From Lama glama (taxonomy: Eukaryota): DNA of 64,000 nucleotides. The position numbers were made by a program, and so were the translations under genes. The DNA lies in NCBI GenBank assembly GCA_028534125.1, contig CM052816.1:84384001-84448000 (forward strand), given 5' to 3'. The notes beneath the pieces are model-generated. The model did not search any database. It saw nothing but the letters and a program-made list of their open reading frames with translations, and was not told the DNA's origin. Positions 1 through 11,615 of this stretch are shown here, one piece after another (positions within the stretch are counted from its first letter, which is position 1; each line of letters starts with the position of its first letter).

Positions 1-1289
1 TAGTGTAAAATATCAAGAAAATGAAAATCATATTTCACTAAATGTTACAGTAAAAAGCATCCTCTGATAATATTATTAATTGAAAAGCATTATTTATGGA
101 AAATGTTCCAGAATATCTTGATTATAATTTAAATCAATTGTTTAGCTTAGCTTGATGGGAAGGTGAAAATGCAGCTGTCTGACTGTCTGCAAGCAGATCT
201 ATAAGGAGATAAATCCTCAGTAGCATGTTTATTTCTGGCAGCATTTCTTTTGTCAATGATTTAAAAAAAATAGCTACAACTAAAAATGAAAATAGAATTA
301 ATAATCTGATAATTTTAGTGCAGATTTTTTTTTTAATTAACAGTTGACAAAATCTTGTCAGTTTATACTAATGTCATCAGGGGGAAAAGTCATGAGTCTC
401 ACTGGAATTAATTCTTCCCAATTACCATGTATAGTCCTTTACAGTAGAGTAGAGATGGACTGTTATTTATCATGGTTCAGTTTTGCAATAAGAATGTTCC
501 TATAAAGTGATTTTTAATTTTCTGAGGGTATTTAATTTACTGCCCTTGGATTTAGTATATGAACTGCCAGATCAGCTTCTAACCCTTCTAGCAAAGAAGG
601 GATTTACTACTTTGAAAGTTTTGCTATATCAACTATAGAGCCAATAAAAGACTGTTGTGTGTGCTCTAGGCTTTTATTTCATTAACTGCTGCTTTCTGAA
701 GTCTACAGCACTGTCGGATCTAGAAATAAAAGAGCATCAGGGTATCCAAGTAAAAGTATAACTCACAGATTCATAAGGAATGAAGGAAATGTAGACTTTA
801 TTTTCTTTTTTTCTCAATGATCAACCAAAATCAACCCCATTCTACCAACAACTATGACAAAATCCTCAAAAAACCTTATTAAAAACATCTGTTAAGGAGA
901 TGGAAAACACAGTAACCTAGGTGTCCCTTGCCCTGAGAAAAGTAGAGAGGCAGTATCTCTTCCCTTCCTATCAAAGCATTCCTTCTATTAATCATACTCA
1001 CATTTGAATATGACTCACTTGAGTCTAAGACCTCTTAATCCAGTTCACTGAATGTCATTGAACAGTAATTTCAAAGGATAGCTAGGGAGATGTCACTGCT
1101 TCAGTCTCTCACTGATCACCCCATCCTCCCATTCTACAGGTCAGATGCTTCCTTTCACCCACTTCACTGACACTGTCACTCATCAGGAGCTACCCAACGA
1201 CGTCAATCAGTCAATCAGCCAACTGACCTCATTGTACTCTGTCGTCCCCATTTCAGTCCACTCTCCATGCCATTAACTTTTAAAGTAGA

Positions 1290-1775
1290 AATCTTATCAT
1301 AGAATTCTTCTTTTTGAAGATGGTCAAGTCATTTTGAAAAGGGTCAGTTGCTCATTGCCTAAAGGAAACTTCCAAATAACTTCCTCAGCAACCTCTAGAA
1401 TCTACACCTCACAGAGCGATGGGTCTGTTTCTTTCTATTTCCCCCTTTCCAAAGTGGTTGTAACCAGAGTTAGTTGCTTTTCCTTCACACTACGCACAGA
1501 ATTATATGTCCTTCCAATGTCTAATTTCTGTGTTTTAAATAGTCTCTACTCCTATTTATTCTTTAAGATCCAGATTATATGTCACCTGCTGCATGAAGGT
1601 TTTTATTAAAGCACTCTTCATAGATTAACTGATCTGAAATATGACACTCAGGCCTTTTTTTAAGCTACTGTTAGAGCCCTTACAATAAAATAATGATCCA
1701 TTTTTTACTCTGCATGACTTGCTTATGTGTTTAGGACACAGCATAGTAGGAACTAATAGAGGCTTGAATAATTTA
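1290..1775 (+). mobile_element. Old L2 LINE 3' fragment (L2b/c-like)
   Basis: Degenerate L2 3' motifs (cctatttattctttaagatccagattatatgtcacctgct; cacagcatagtaggaactaata). Edges approximate. Confidence 0.45.
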
Positions 1776-1884
1776 GGAGTAACTTTCACCTTATTTTATG
1801 ATCTCTTCTTCTGTAAGTCATCTTTCTTTTGAAGTAATGACTACTCTACATTGCTTCCAGTTTTTAAGACCTTCTCAAAGACCT

Positions 1885-1994
1885 CAAGGGATATTCACAT
1901 CCTTTCAAACTTAAACTTTCAGACTTAGAATTAATACAGTACATTTTCTCACTGAGCTGTATTTGAGAACTATGTAAACATTTATGTAATAGTG
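1885..1994 (+). repeat. Direct repeat copy 1 (~110 bp), paired with 3171-3273
   Basis: caagggatatt...agacttagaattaataca...ctgagctgtatttgagaac...taatagtg aligns by eye to 3171-3273. Confidence 0.9.
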
Positions 1995-3170
1995 AGGATG
2001 GGTGTGCAGAGGACTTAATTAAACATGCAAGCAAAACCAATGTAGATTGAATGTGAAAACATCTGCTTAACATATTATACTTAAAGAAGACAATCATATA
2101 CATACACACACACAAATTGGTCCCAGGAAACTTTTTCTATTTTTTTAGAACAATCTCCCACTCTCTAAATGATTATTTTACATCATTTTCTCCTGAAACT
2201 TTCACCACTTTTTCCAACGCCCCTCTCAGCTGAATACCTTATTCCCAATCTCAGTAAGAACACAGAAGTAATCATAAGAGAGTTGTCACATACTCCAGTC
2301 TCCACAGCAATTTACCTTTATTGCTAGCCACGTGCTCAGTCCTCTCTCTTCTTGTCACAGATAAACTCTTAAATTAGATTCTCTCTGAGTCAACCATTTT
2401 CTTCTACATTCCATTGCTTCCCGTCGGGGGTACCCAAGCCCATCGCTTCAGCAATTACCCTCCTCTCCTCTGCACCAGTTTCTCCTCCCAACTGGATCAT
2501 TTCTTTCAGCATGCAAACCTGTTCTAACGCCTCCCATTTCAGAACAAACAAAAGAAACAAGAAAAAAACTTCAATCTACTTCTCTCTCCAACCCCAACCC
2601 CAGCTTTTGATGACAAAATTCTGTGAATGAGTTGTCCACATCCTCAGTGTTTCTTTCCTCTCTTTTCATTCTGTTTGGAACACACTATAACAGGTGAGCA
2701 TCACAGTAACCCACTAAAACAACCACCTAGGGTCACAGAGAGTCTCCATGTTCCTGAATAAACTCTCTACCTTTTTTCTTCTTCTCTTATTCATAGTATT
2801 TTGGCAGCTTCTTCACATTTCCAGTGTATCACCCACAATTGGTTAGCTCTTATTTCACTGAAGACTCTCTCAGTCTCCTAGCCAGCTTCTCGCTTATCTC
2901 CTTAATGTCTTAACATTTAAATATCACTGGGTTTTGTATCAGTTATGCTAATTGATGATTTATCTCACCCGGTTGTAAGGTTTAATATGTGTACTGACAG
3001 CTCCCTAGTGGGTAACTTCAGTCAAGAGCTTTCCTCCTGCCTCTAACCTCGTATGCTCAAATCCATATTGGATCAAACTTATCAGGTCCAAAACTAAAGT
3101 CTTGGGTTACACCTTCTCAGCCTCAAAACTGCTTCTTCTGGGCCCTTCTTACCTTAGTAAACAATAACTC

Positions 3171-3273
3171 CAAGGGATATTTATATTCTTAAACTTTTAG
3201 ACTTAGAATTAATACAATAAATTTTGTTAACTGAGCTATATTTGAGAACCATCTAAACATGTATATAATAGTG
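3171..3273 (+). repeat. Direct repeat copy 2, inserted in L2
   Basis: Matches 1885-1994 with scattered substitutions and an 8 bp indel; it interrupts L2 colinearity. Confidence 0.9.
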
Positions 3274-3553
3274 TAGATTTTATAAATACTGGGGCGAAAG
3301 CATGTCAATATCTTGACTCCTCTCTTTCCTTTTATATCACATTAACAAATCCTGCAAGGCTTCAGTCTTTAAAATGCACCCAGAATCCAGCCACTTCTCA
3401 CCAATACCTACTAGGATGGAAGTCCATAGCTTCATAGAGTGTTTTGGGGTTACTGGTAAAAGCTGTTACAGAATTTCCTTCATGTTCCCTCTCCTCCACC
3501 CCCTCAGCCCTCGGGTCTCTTCTCTGAAAGTAATCATGGTGATCCATTTAAAA

Positions 3554-3752
3554 CAGTGAGTATTTACTAGCGGTGATTTTGTTTCCCCTGGAACATTTGG
3601 CTCCGTCTGGAAATGACTTTGGTGTGAAAACTGAGGGGGAAACTACTGACATCTGGTGGACAGAGGCCAGAGATGCTGCTAAAGAGCCTAGAAGACATAG
3701 GGAAGCCCCCTACAACAAACATTTGACCCGCCCATCATCACAGTTACCAACT
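3554..3752 (+). mobile_element. MER20 (hAT-Charlie MITE) nested in L2
   Basis: ggtgattttg..ggaacatttgg..gtctgga..actactgacatctggtggacagaggccagagatgctgctaaa..gccccctacaacaaa follows the MER20 consensus. Confidence 0.85.
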
Positions 3753-4869
3753 CTTAAGTCTCACTCTTTTCAAAACCTTCCAATGGGTTCCTATCTCACT
3801 CTGAGTGAAAACCAACATCCTTGAAGTTAACTGCCTACAGTGTCCCAGGATACCTGGTCCCCTGCTATTTCTCTGATCTTATCCCATATTATGGCACCTC
3901 ATTCATTTCCAGCAACAGCAGCTTCCTTAGAGTGTATGTCAAACACTTTTATGTAGCAAGGTCTTAGCATTTGCTTGCCTCTCTACTTGGAATATATTTT
4001 GAATATGTATTTATATGACTTACCCTTTCACTTCTCTTAGGTGTCGGCTCAGTATTGCCTAATTGTGACACTTCTCTGACCATCATTTGTAAAGTACAAC
4101 TAACCTCTCGATACCAGACATATACATACATAACTAGTCTTTCCTATCCCTTTATCTGCCTTGTTTTACTGCATAACTTCTAACTTAATATATTTACTTG
4201 TTTCTTCATTTTCCCACTACAATATAAGTTCAATGAGGTCAAGAACACTTTTTTTCTACTTTGTTTACTTCTTGAATATTTAGATGCCTGGAACAGTAAT
4301 AGGTGTTCAGTAAATATTTGTTGTATGAAGGAACTGAAAATTCTTGGCTATTTATCTATTTAAATAGCATTACATTAAACTTTGCTTAACTTGAATCAAG
4401 GGAATTAAACATACCAATTTTTAACGGAAGAGTTTTGATTCGGCTCACATTTTATGTTGAGCACATGAAAGCAGAATATCTTATAAGCTCCTTCTCAGTC
4501 CAAGGAAACAGGGATCACATCAATAAGACAGAGATCAAAGGGCATGCAGACTAGGAGAGCGGAATTAAACGTTCTTTTATTTTCTCTCTTACTTTCAATT
4601 GATAAGTCATTATAGGTGTGAGTCCTCAGTTCTTTGATTTGCTTTAAATTAATTCAAAAAAGAACAAATTACCTGAAACTTAAAAGACAATTTCTGTTAA
4701 TCAGCAAAGTGCAGTTCATAAATTCCCTCTGCACATCCATGCTCTGTAAACAGCTAATTCCAGACCTCCCTGAGAGAGTGAGTTCAGAATTGTTACCGTT
4801 GAGTTCTCTCACTTATGCTAGTTTATCCCCTAACTCATTACAGCCTTATTTCTTAACTTATGCTACAGA

Positions 4870-5408
4870 GGTTATGAGAAAGCAGGTCAGTGATGGCATT
4901 TTAGTTTGACAAGAGCTCATCTTGGTATTTTATGGATGTGAGTTAGGCAGAATTTTACTAAAAAGAATAAATTTAACTATGTGAAGTACATCATAGAGCA
5001 TATTTTCATATCAGCCACTCAATGATATCCTTAAGAATTCAAATTATTTCCATGTTTCTGCTTTGCCATTCTTTAGCCCTTCACTTTTATGTTAGACTAA
5101 CATCCTTTAAAAAGTTGAATATAATCCTATATATACAATGGATACATTTTTATGGTGTCTTTTAGAGGAAAGAAACCTTTCCCAGAAGGCTCAACCACAT
5201 AAGACACCTGACTTTTTAGCACGTCAAGATTTGGGTAACATATTTATGGCAAAAGCAGTCACTAGTGACAACAATAGTTTGATTGGTTCAAATGATTTAT
5301 GATTCTCCCTGAAAATGATGATATAGTCACCTTTTCTGAGCAGTGGTTCCATTAGCAAGGAAGAATGTAGGAATGGAAAATTGCCAGACAGTATAGTGTC
5401 TGTTATCA
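4870..5408 (-). mobile_element. Old MaLR LTR (MLT1K/L-like), degraded
   Basis: cagccactcaatgatatc, ttccatgtttctgctttgccattctt, ggttccattagcaaggaagaa...gtgtctgttatca. Confidence 0.45.
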
Positions 5409-5859
5409 GAAATCTGTTTTTGCTGAGACCCAATATTATTCTTCACACCTGTCCCAACCTTTCCTACCACTGGGACCCACTACCTTCATGATGTTTGCTG
5501 TTTGTTTGTTTGCTTGATTAATCCAGAACCTCTTAAGGTAACAGCAAGGCCTTTCCTCTGCTAAAGCACATTATACTCCCAAATTCTACCTTAGTCATTT
5601 CCTTTGTTGATTCCCAACATATATTAATTCCTCAGAAACATTGAGACTTAACTTAGAAGGTAATTCAGACAAACCATACAATTTTGAAAGTAATTGATAG
5701 ATCATATTAACTTATGTCTTTACTTCTAAGTTTCTGGGTGTTCCCTTAAGTTATAGAGTTGTGATGAAGTTTAAGTTCAAGTCCCCAGACTTAGGAATAT
5801 GGGTATCTGGGTTAAAATGACTCAGCAGACTATCTCAGCTAAGAGGCTTTCATGGTAGA

Positions 5860-6065
5860 CCCAAGTCAGGCACCAGACTTTTGCTTTCTGGCTAATTGCT
5901 GAATTTATTTAAGCTTGGTTTTCTCAATGAGGAACAACATGTGAAACTCCAAGCATTTTCATAATGCATGCAAAACACGTTTAGTGACTGTATATTTTTG
6001 GATAGCAATGGTTCTCTCAATGATAGTTTCTGTTCTTGTTATTAGTATTATCATTACTATTATTA
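5860..6065 (+). mobile_element. MIR SINE, degraded
   Basis: Weak MIR core plus the typical ttattagtattatcattactat tail. Confidence 0.35.
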
Positions 6066-6399
6066 TTTTAAAGTCTCCCGCTCCTGGAATGTTATTCAGA
6101 ATTGCTAGACTTCAGTAAATGTGCTTTAAATACATAAATAAAATATTTCATGGAAAGGAAGAGAAGTATTAAGTCTATAACTCATTTCAGAATTTAAATA
6201 AAAGAAAAAAAGCTGTTCAACTTAACCCATTTTGAAAACCTCTCAACCATTACCACAAATAAAACATACAATTTCTTTTATTCAGTATCCTGCCATAAAA
6301 TGTCTGATTTCTGGAAATCAGACATATCAGATGTACAAGTCCATGAAACTAGATTGTAGGAAAAAAAAATGGTAACACAGGTTCCCAGTGAGATATAGC

Positions 6400-7938
6400 T
6401 TAATTGGACATCTATTTCACACCAGTCACAAAAATTGACTCAATATGGATCAAATATTTACATGTTAAGACATGAACTGTAAAACTTCTAAAAGAAAACA
6501 TGGGAAAAAAATCTTTGATAATGGTCTTGGCAATGATTTCTTGGATAAGTCACCAAAAGCACAAGCAATAGAAGTTAAAAAAAACAAAAAAACAATTGGG
6601 GCTACATCAAAATAAAAAGCTTCTGCACAGAATAGGAAATAATAAATTGAAAAGGCAATCTATAGAATAAGGGATGACATTTGTAAATTATATATTTTAT
6701 AAGGGACTAATATCCAAAATAATAAAGAATTCATATTACTAAATAGCAAAAATAAACAAATAATCCAATTAAAACATGAACAAAGACATTTTTTCTAAAG
6801 AAATCATACAGCCAATAGGTATATAAAAAAGGTGATCAACATCATGAATTATCAAGGGAAATACAAATTAAAACCACAAAGAGACATCACCTCACACCTG
6901 TTATGATTATGAAAAGGACAGAGATAACAAGTGTTGCTGAGGTTGTGGAGTAAGGGTAACACTTACATACTGTTGGTCAGAATGTAAAGGCACAGCCGTT
7001 AAGGAAAACGGTATGGAGGTTACTCAAAAAAATAAAAAATAAAACTCTCATATGATCCAGCAATCCTGCTTCTTGATATATATTTGAAGGAAATAAAATC
7101 AGTATTTTGAAGACATACTTATACTCCCATGTTTACGGCAGCATTATTCACAATAGCCAAGATATGGAAACACATCTAAAAGTTTTCCAACAGATGAATG
7201 GATAAAGAGAATGTGATATGTATGTATATACACATATATAGTGATATATAATATATAAACATACAAAGGAATATATGTTATATATAGGAATATATATTAT
7301 ATAGGAATACATATACTATATAGATAGAAATGTACAATTATAGAAATATATTTTATATATATATATCTACATGGAATATATATAAAGGAATATTATTTTG
7401 CCATTAGGAAAAAGGAAATTCTGCCACCACAACAACATAGATGAACATGGAGGGCATCATGCTAAGTGAAATAAGTCAGATGGAGAAAGACAGATACTGC
7501 ATGGTATCACATATATGTGGAATCTTAAAAAAAAAAAAGACAAATTCATAGAAACAGAGAATGAAATAGTGATTAGACTGCCAGGGGCTGGGTGGGCAGG
7601 GGAAGTGGGGAAATGTAGGTCACAGAGTACAACCTTTCACTTATAGGAAGAATAAATTCTGAAGAACTAATATACAGCATGGTGACTATAGTTAATAAGA
7701 CCATCATATACTTGAAAGTTGGTGAGAGGAGATCGTAAGCATTCTCACCACACACACCAAAAGTTAAATATGTGAGGTGACAAATGTAATTATTTTGGTA
7801 ATCATTCTGCAATGTACCTGTATATCACGTCATCACATTGTAAACTTCAAATATATGCAGTTATGTTTGTAAATTATTGCTCAATGAAGTTGGGGAAAAA
7901 AGAAAATATCCAAAAATAAAGAATAAGAAAATAAAAAT
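6400..7938 (+). mobile_element. 5'-truncated L1 (L1MA9/10-like): ORF2 3' part, 3' UTR and A-rich tail
   Basis: Classic ORF2 motifs (ggcaatgatttcttgga, aaaaagcttctgcacag, tatgatccagcaatcc, gcattattcacaatagccaagatatggaaa, gctaagtgaaataagtcaga), L1MA-type 3' UTR and an A-rich end. Confidence 0.9.
7215..7392. repeat. TA-rich low-complexity expansion inside L1
   Basis: Degenerate (TA)n with recurring ggaatatata units. Confidence 0.85.
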
Positions 7939-9234
7939 GAGGTCAATTTAATTTTTACATTTTTCTCCTCTTTAATATGTAATTTCCACTTTTAATTAAA
8001 AATATGACATATAACTGGGGGTGACAAAGGTTTTAAACTACAGAGAGAAATTAAGATGTGGCAGTGAGAAACCGACAGGGGGAACAAGAAAGAATAAATA
8101 GTAGCTGTGACAGGATGAAAGGGAAAGTGTACTATGGCTACCAGGCCCAGGGGTACTGGGTATAATCATCTTCTGAGAGAGAAGTGCATAAAATAGTGTC
8201 TTATATCGAGCCAGTGTGGAAAATATTTATTTAATACAAGTAGGCCAAAATATTTTCACATGCTTGTTTTCTTGGTAACATCAAGAGTCTTTGAATTCTA
8301 CCCATTTTTCCTTCCCATCATAATGCTTGATTTTACCATGAAAACATAGTAATTATGTTGATTATACATAGGAGGCATTTTTAACAGATTTCTTAAAGTA
8401 GCTGCTTTTATTTTAAAAAGGGTGTCAGAGGAAGAGAAATAATACCTTTTAAAGGAAGGCTGTGCACAGCTGGGAAGACCACGTGTTGGGTCATGTGTGT
8501 TTCGATGAGTTGGGCAAGTGTGCAGAATGGAGAGAGAAGAGGGTGCGAAGGAAAGGAGAATGGAGAAGTGAGAAGACTGTGTACAGGAATGTGACATGTA
8601 GTGTGACAGTGAGCTACCTAGTCCTTCCTTCCTCCCTCTTCTCTGATTTCCTGCTGCCTGCTACTGTAATGTGTGAAGTCCCCACACTGTTCTTCTTAAT
8701 ATACTTATATTAAATGTCCACAAAAATTTACAAGACTCTCAGCATACTCATGTTTCTTTGAAAGCAACTACTTGCAGAAGGTGGCTTCAAGAAGACCACA
8801 TTTACCTGACTTTATATACACTACCTCATCATTTATGTTAAGTACTTCTTAGTTTTGCCTATTCACCAGGGAGCCCACCTGGGGCAAACGATGTGGGTAT
8901 CTGTTTAAATAGGGTGGAATGGATGACACATTCACTTCTGACACCATTTAAAAACCCAGAAAGTTCTACAATGGGGAGAGAAAAAGAACAAAGAGATAGA
9001 CAATCAGGCAATAAGAGGGAGATGTCCTTAACGTTCTCGAGTGACAAGCAGGGGGGGAGCATGGTAACTGATGTGTCAGAGCTGGGAAGGCGAACAACTG
9101 CTGCTCTGCACGTGAGTCTCCTGATGAGAAGCAGTGGGTAGTGTCAGACACCGGGGTACCCAGTTCTACTGAAGCAGAAATCACCACTTAGGGAGGGGTA
9201 GGACACAGCACAGGATGACTGGTTAAAACTCTTT

Positions 9235-9757
9235 TATGGTAGGCAGAATTCTAAAACTGCACGCACACCAAGATTTCCAGAGGACTGATTCAGGAGACTG
9301 TGAATATGAGGACTGAATGTGAGGAGATATCAGGGGACTGTGACTATAAGGAGATAATCATGCCCTCAAATATGTCATGTTTCGTGACAGAAGAACCTTC
9401 CAGATGTAATGATGACTCGTAATCAGTTAATCTTAAAATAGGGAGATTATCCTGGATTATTCCACCGAGCCTAATGTAATCACACTAGCCTCTTACAAGC
9501 AGCAGATTTTCACTCACTGGCAGTTCAGAAGGAAGGAAGCCAGAGGTTAGAAGCACAAGTAATATCCGATAATGGGAGAGGTCACGTGCCAAGGAATGCA
9601 GGCAGCCTTTAAGAGCTGAGGGCAGCCCCAACTGACGGCCAGTAAGTGAAGAGGGACAAGGTCAGGAAACGGAATTCGGCCAACAACTGAAACGAACTGC
9701 AAGCCAATTCTTCCTCAGAGTCTCCAGATAAGAGTTCAGCCAGGCTGAACCCTCAGA
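9235..9757 (+). mobile_element. MaLR LTR (MLT1E-like), 3' end missing
   Basis: tatggtaggcagaattctaa start; gggagattatcctggattat; ctaatgtaatcac; ccaaggaatgcaggcagcct; cagagtctccagataagag. Confidence 0.85.
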
Positions 9758-10199
9758 TAGAGAGGGTGAAGGCAAGCAAATTATTCACACTATTAAGAGA
9801 CAATCAATTGTGAGCAAAATTTAGACTTCTTTTTTATTGGGCATGGCACAAGGTAGAAATATATTGAGAGCAAGTTTGCTGACTCAGAGAGGGCCATCTA
9901 CAATTTATCATTTTTTTAATATTTCTGTAATTTTCGTGATCATTGAAGGAAGTCCACAAAATCTGCTTGTAGCTATCTGTTCCTTAGGATTTGTTGCTAT
10001 TTGGAATTTGGAGAAGCTGTCTGCTTTGTTAAATTTCAAGCAATGGCTTTAGGCACAGAAATTCAGTTCAAAGTCCATGAGCAGAAATACACAGCTTCTC
10101 ACAACTTTCTTTTTAAACATCTTTGGATACAATACAATTAAATCATCATTATATATTAACATTCCTTTCTGTTCTACATGAACTCTTTTCCTAAAGAAT

Positions 10200-10612
10200 T
10201 ATTTAGCTGCCTTACTCCTGAACCCCTCTGATGAAGCAGAGTTAATTGGAGTTAATTGTTTCCCTGGCTGTGTGTTGTTAACACTTTATAACTTTACATG
10301 TGCCTCCATAGGAACCTTTATCCCCTCGTTGGCAAATACTCATTTACATTGATGCCTTTTGTAATCTGTTCTTGAGGTCAGTGACTATTGCTTATTTATA
10401 TTTGTATATGTATTTATATCATTAATAAATGTTATTTATTATAAGCAAGTGCATTTATTATTTATTATAAAAATTATTTATGAATAAATGTTTATTATAA
10501 ATAAAATTATTTACATTATTAATAAAATAAATATGATCGATATTTATTTATATCTTAACACTGTGCCATGGACAGAATAGATACTAGAAAAATATTGTTA
10601 AATTGAATTGTG
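10200..10612 (+). mobile_element. L2 3' fragment with an internal AT-rich insert (about 10410-10550)
   Basis: cttgaggtcagtgactattgcttattt, then acactgtgccatggacagaatagatact..aaatattgttaaattgaattg. Confidence 0.55.
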
Positions 10613-11487
10613 TAAGGTAAGTATCTGTTTAAAATTGCTTATTCTGGAATTTTGTCTGTGATCCACAACAAACTGGTTATAGTGGCACATAAGTAAACTA
10701 ATATTGATAAAAATGCAACTGATCAACTTTGAGCATTCTTTGCTTCATCAATTCTCCTCTGAGATTAAAGTATCATAAAAATTCTAATTCATATGGTAAA
10801 CTAATTTTTCCTGCCAACATGACTCCTATTTTCTGTATTTTTCTTACTAAAAATAGATGGAACAAAGTGTGTGCTTGCCTAGATTTTTAATAAGTGATGT
10901 TCTATCAACACAAAACACAAAACAGATGATGCACAATTATATTCAAAGAGCATATTAAGCAACAGAAATAAAATGACACTATTCTGTTCACGTTATTATG
11001 TCTATACATGATTGAGAGTAAAATTGCAAGTTATTCCTAAAATAAATCAACACAAATAACATTTTTTGATGTTTCATTACCTTAAATCAGGTCCAGTAAA
11101 CAATCCAAGACAGATAAGACAGTAGGTACCTAAGAAACAGTTCCAACCCCAAGAGTCTACTTTGTTGTTGAAGGCATTGAGACAAGTCTGAAATACGGAG
11201 GGCTACAAGACATTTATACACAGCAATGCAAAAGACCAAAAAACCCCAAATATAATAGTTTCACAAATGTAACATCCGGATACTATACATCTCTATACAT
11301 TCTAAATAGCCATGTTGGGTTTTACTGTATGTTTTACACAGTTTAGTCAAGCACTTTTCAGTTTCTAGCATGATGGATCTTTTGTGTTATTTGCCACATT
11401 TCTTTTCTATGATTGAGTTTTTATAGCCCTGTGATTGTCATTTTATAATCATGTTCTCATGTGCTTCTACTGATAACTCTGTAATTT

Positions 11488-11615
11488 TGTCTTATTATCC
11501 CCATTTTATAGATGAAGAAACTTAATTCCCAAGGGTTTAAGTAGCTTGCCTAGAATCACTTAGCTTGAAAATGACTGAATTAGGGTTTTAAATCAAGTCT
11601 ATTTAACTCAAGTCC
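11488..11615 (-). mobile_element. MIR SINE core
   Basis: ttattatccccattttatagatgaagaaact..ggtttaagtagcttgcctagaatcac. Confidence 0.8.

Larger units (their letters stand above)
2150..4335 (+). mobile_element. L2a-like LINE 3' region, interrupted by a local duplication and MER20
   Basis: L2 hallmarks: tcttgactcctctctttc, cccagaatccagccacttctcacc, and the terminal gcctggaacagtaataggtgttcagtaaatatttgttgtatgaa. Confidence 0.8.

Noticed and set aside
9290..9360. Short tandem duplications (gactgtgaatatgagga-like)
   Set aside because: Local slippage inside MLT1; not a regularly spaced repeat-spacer array.
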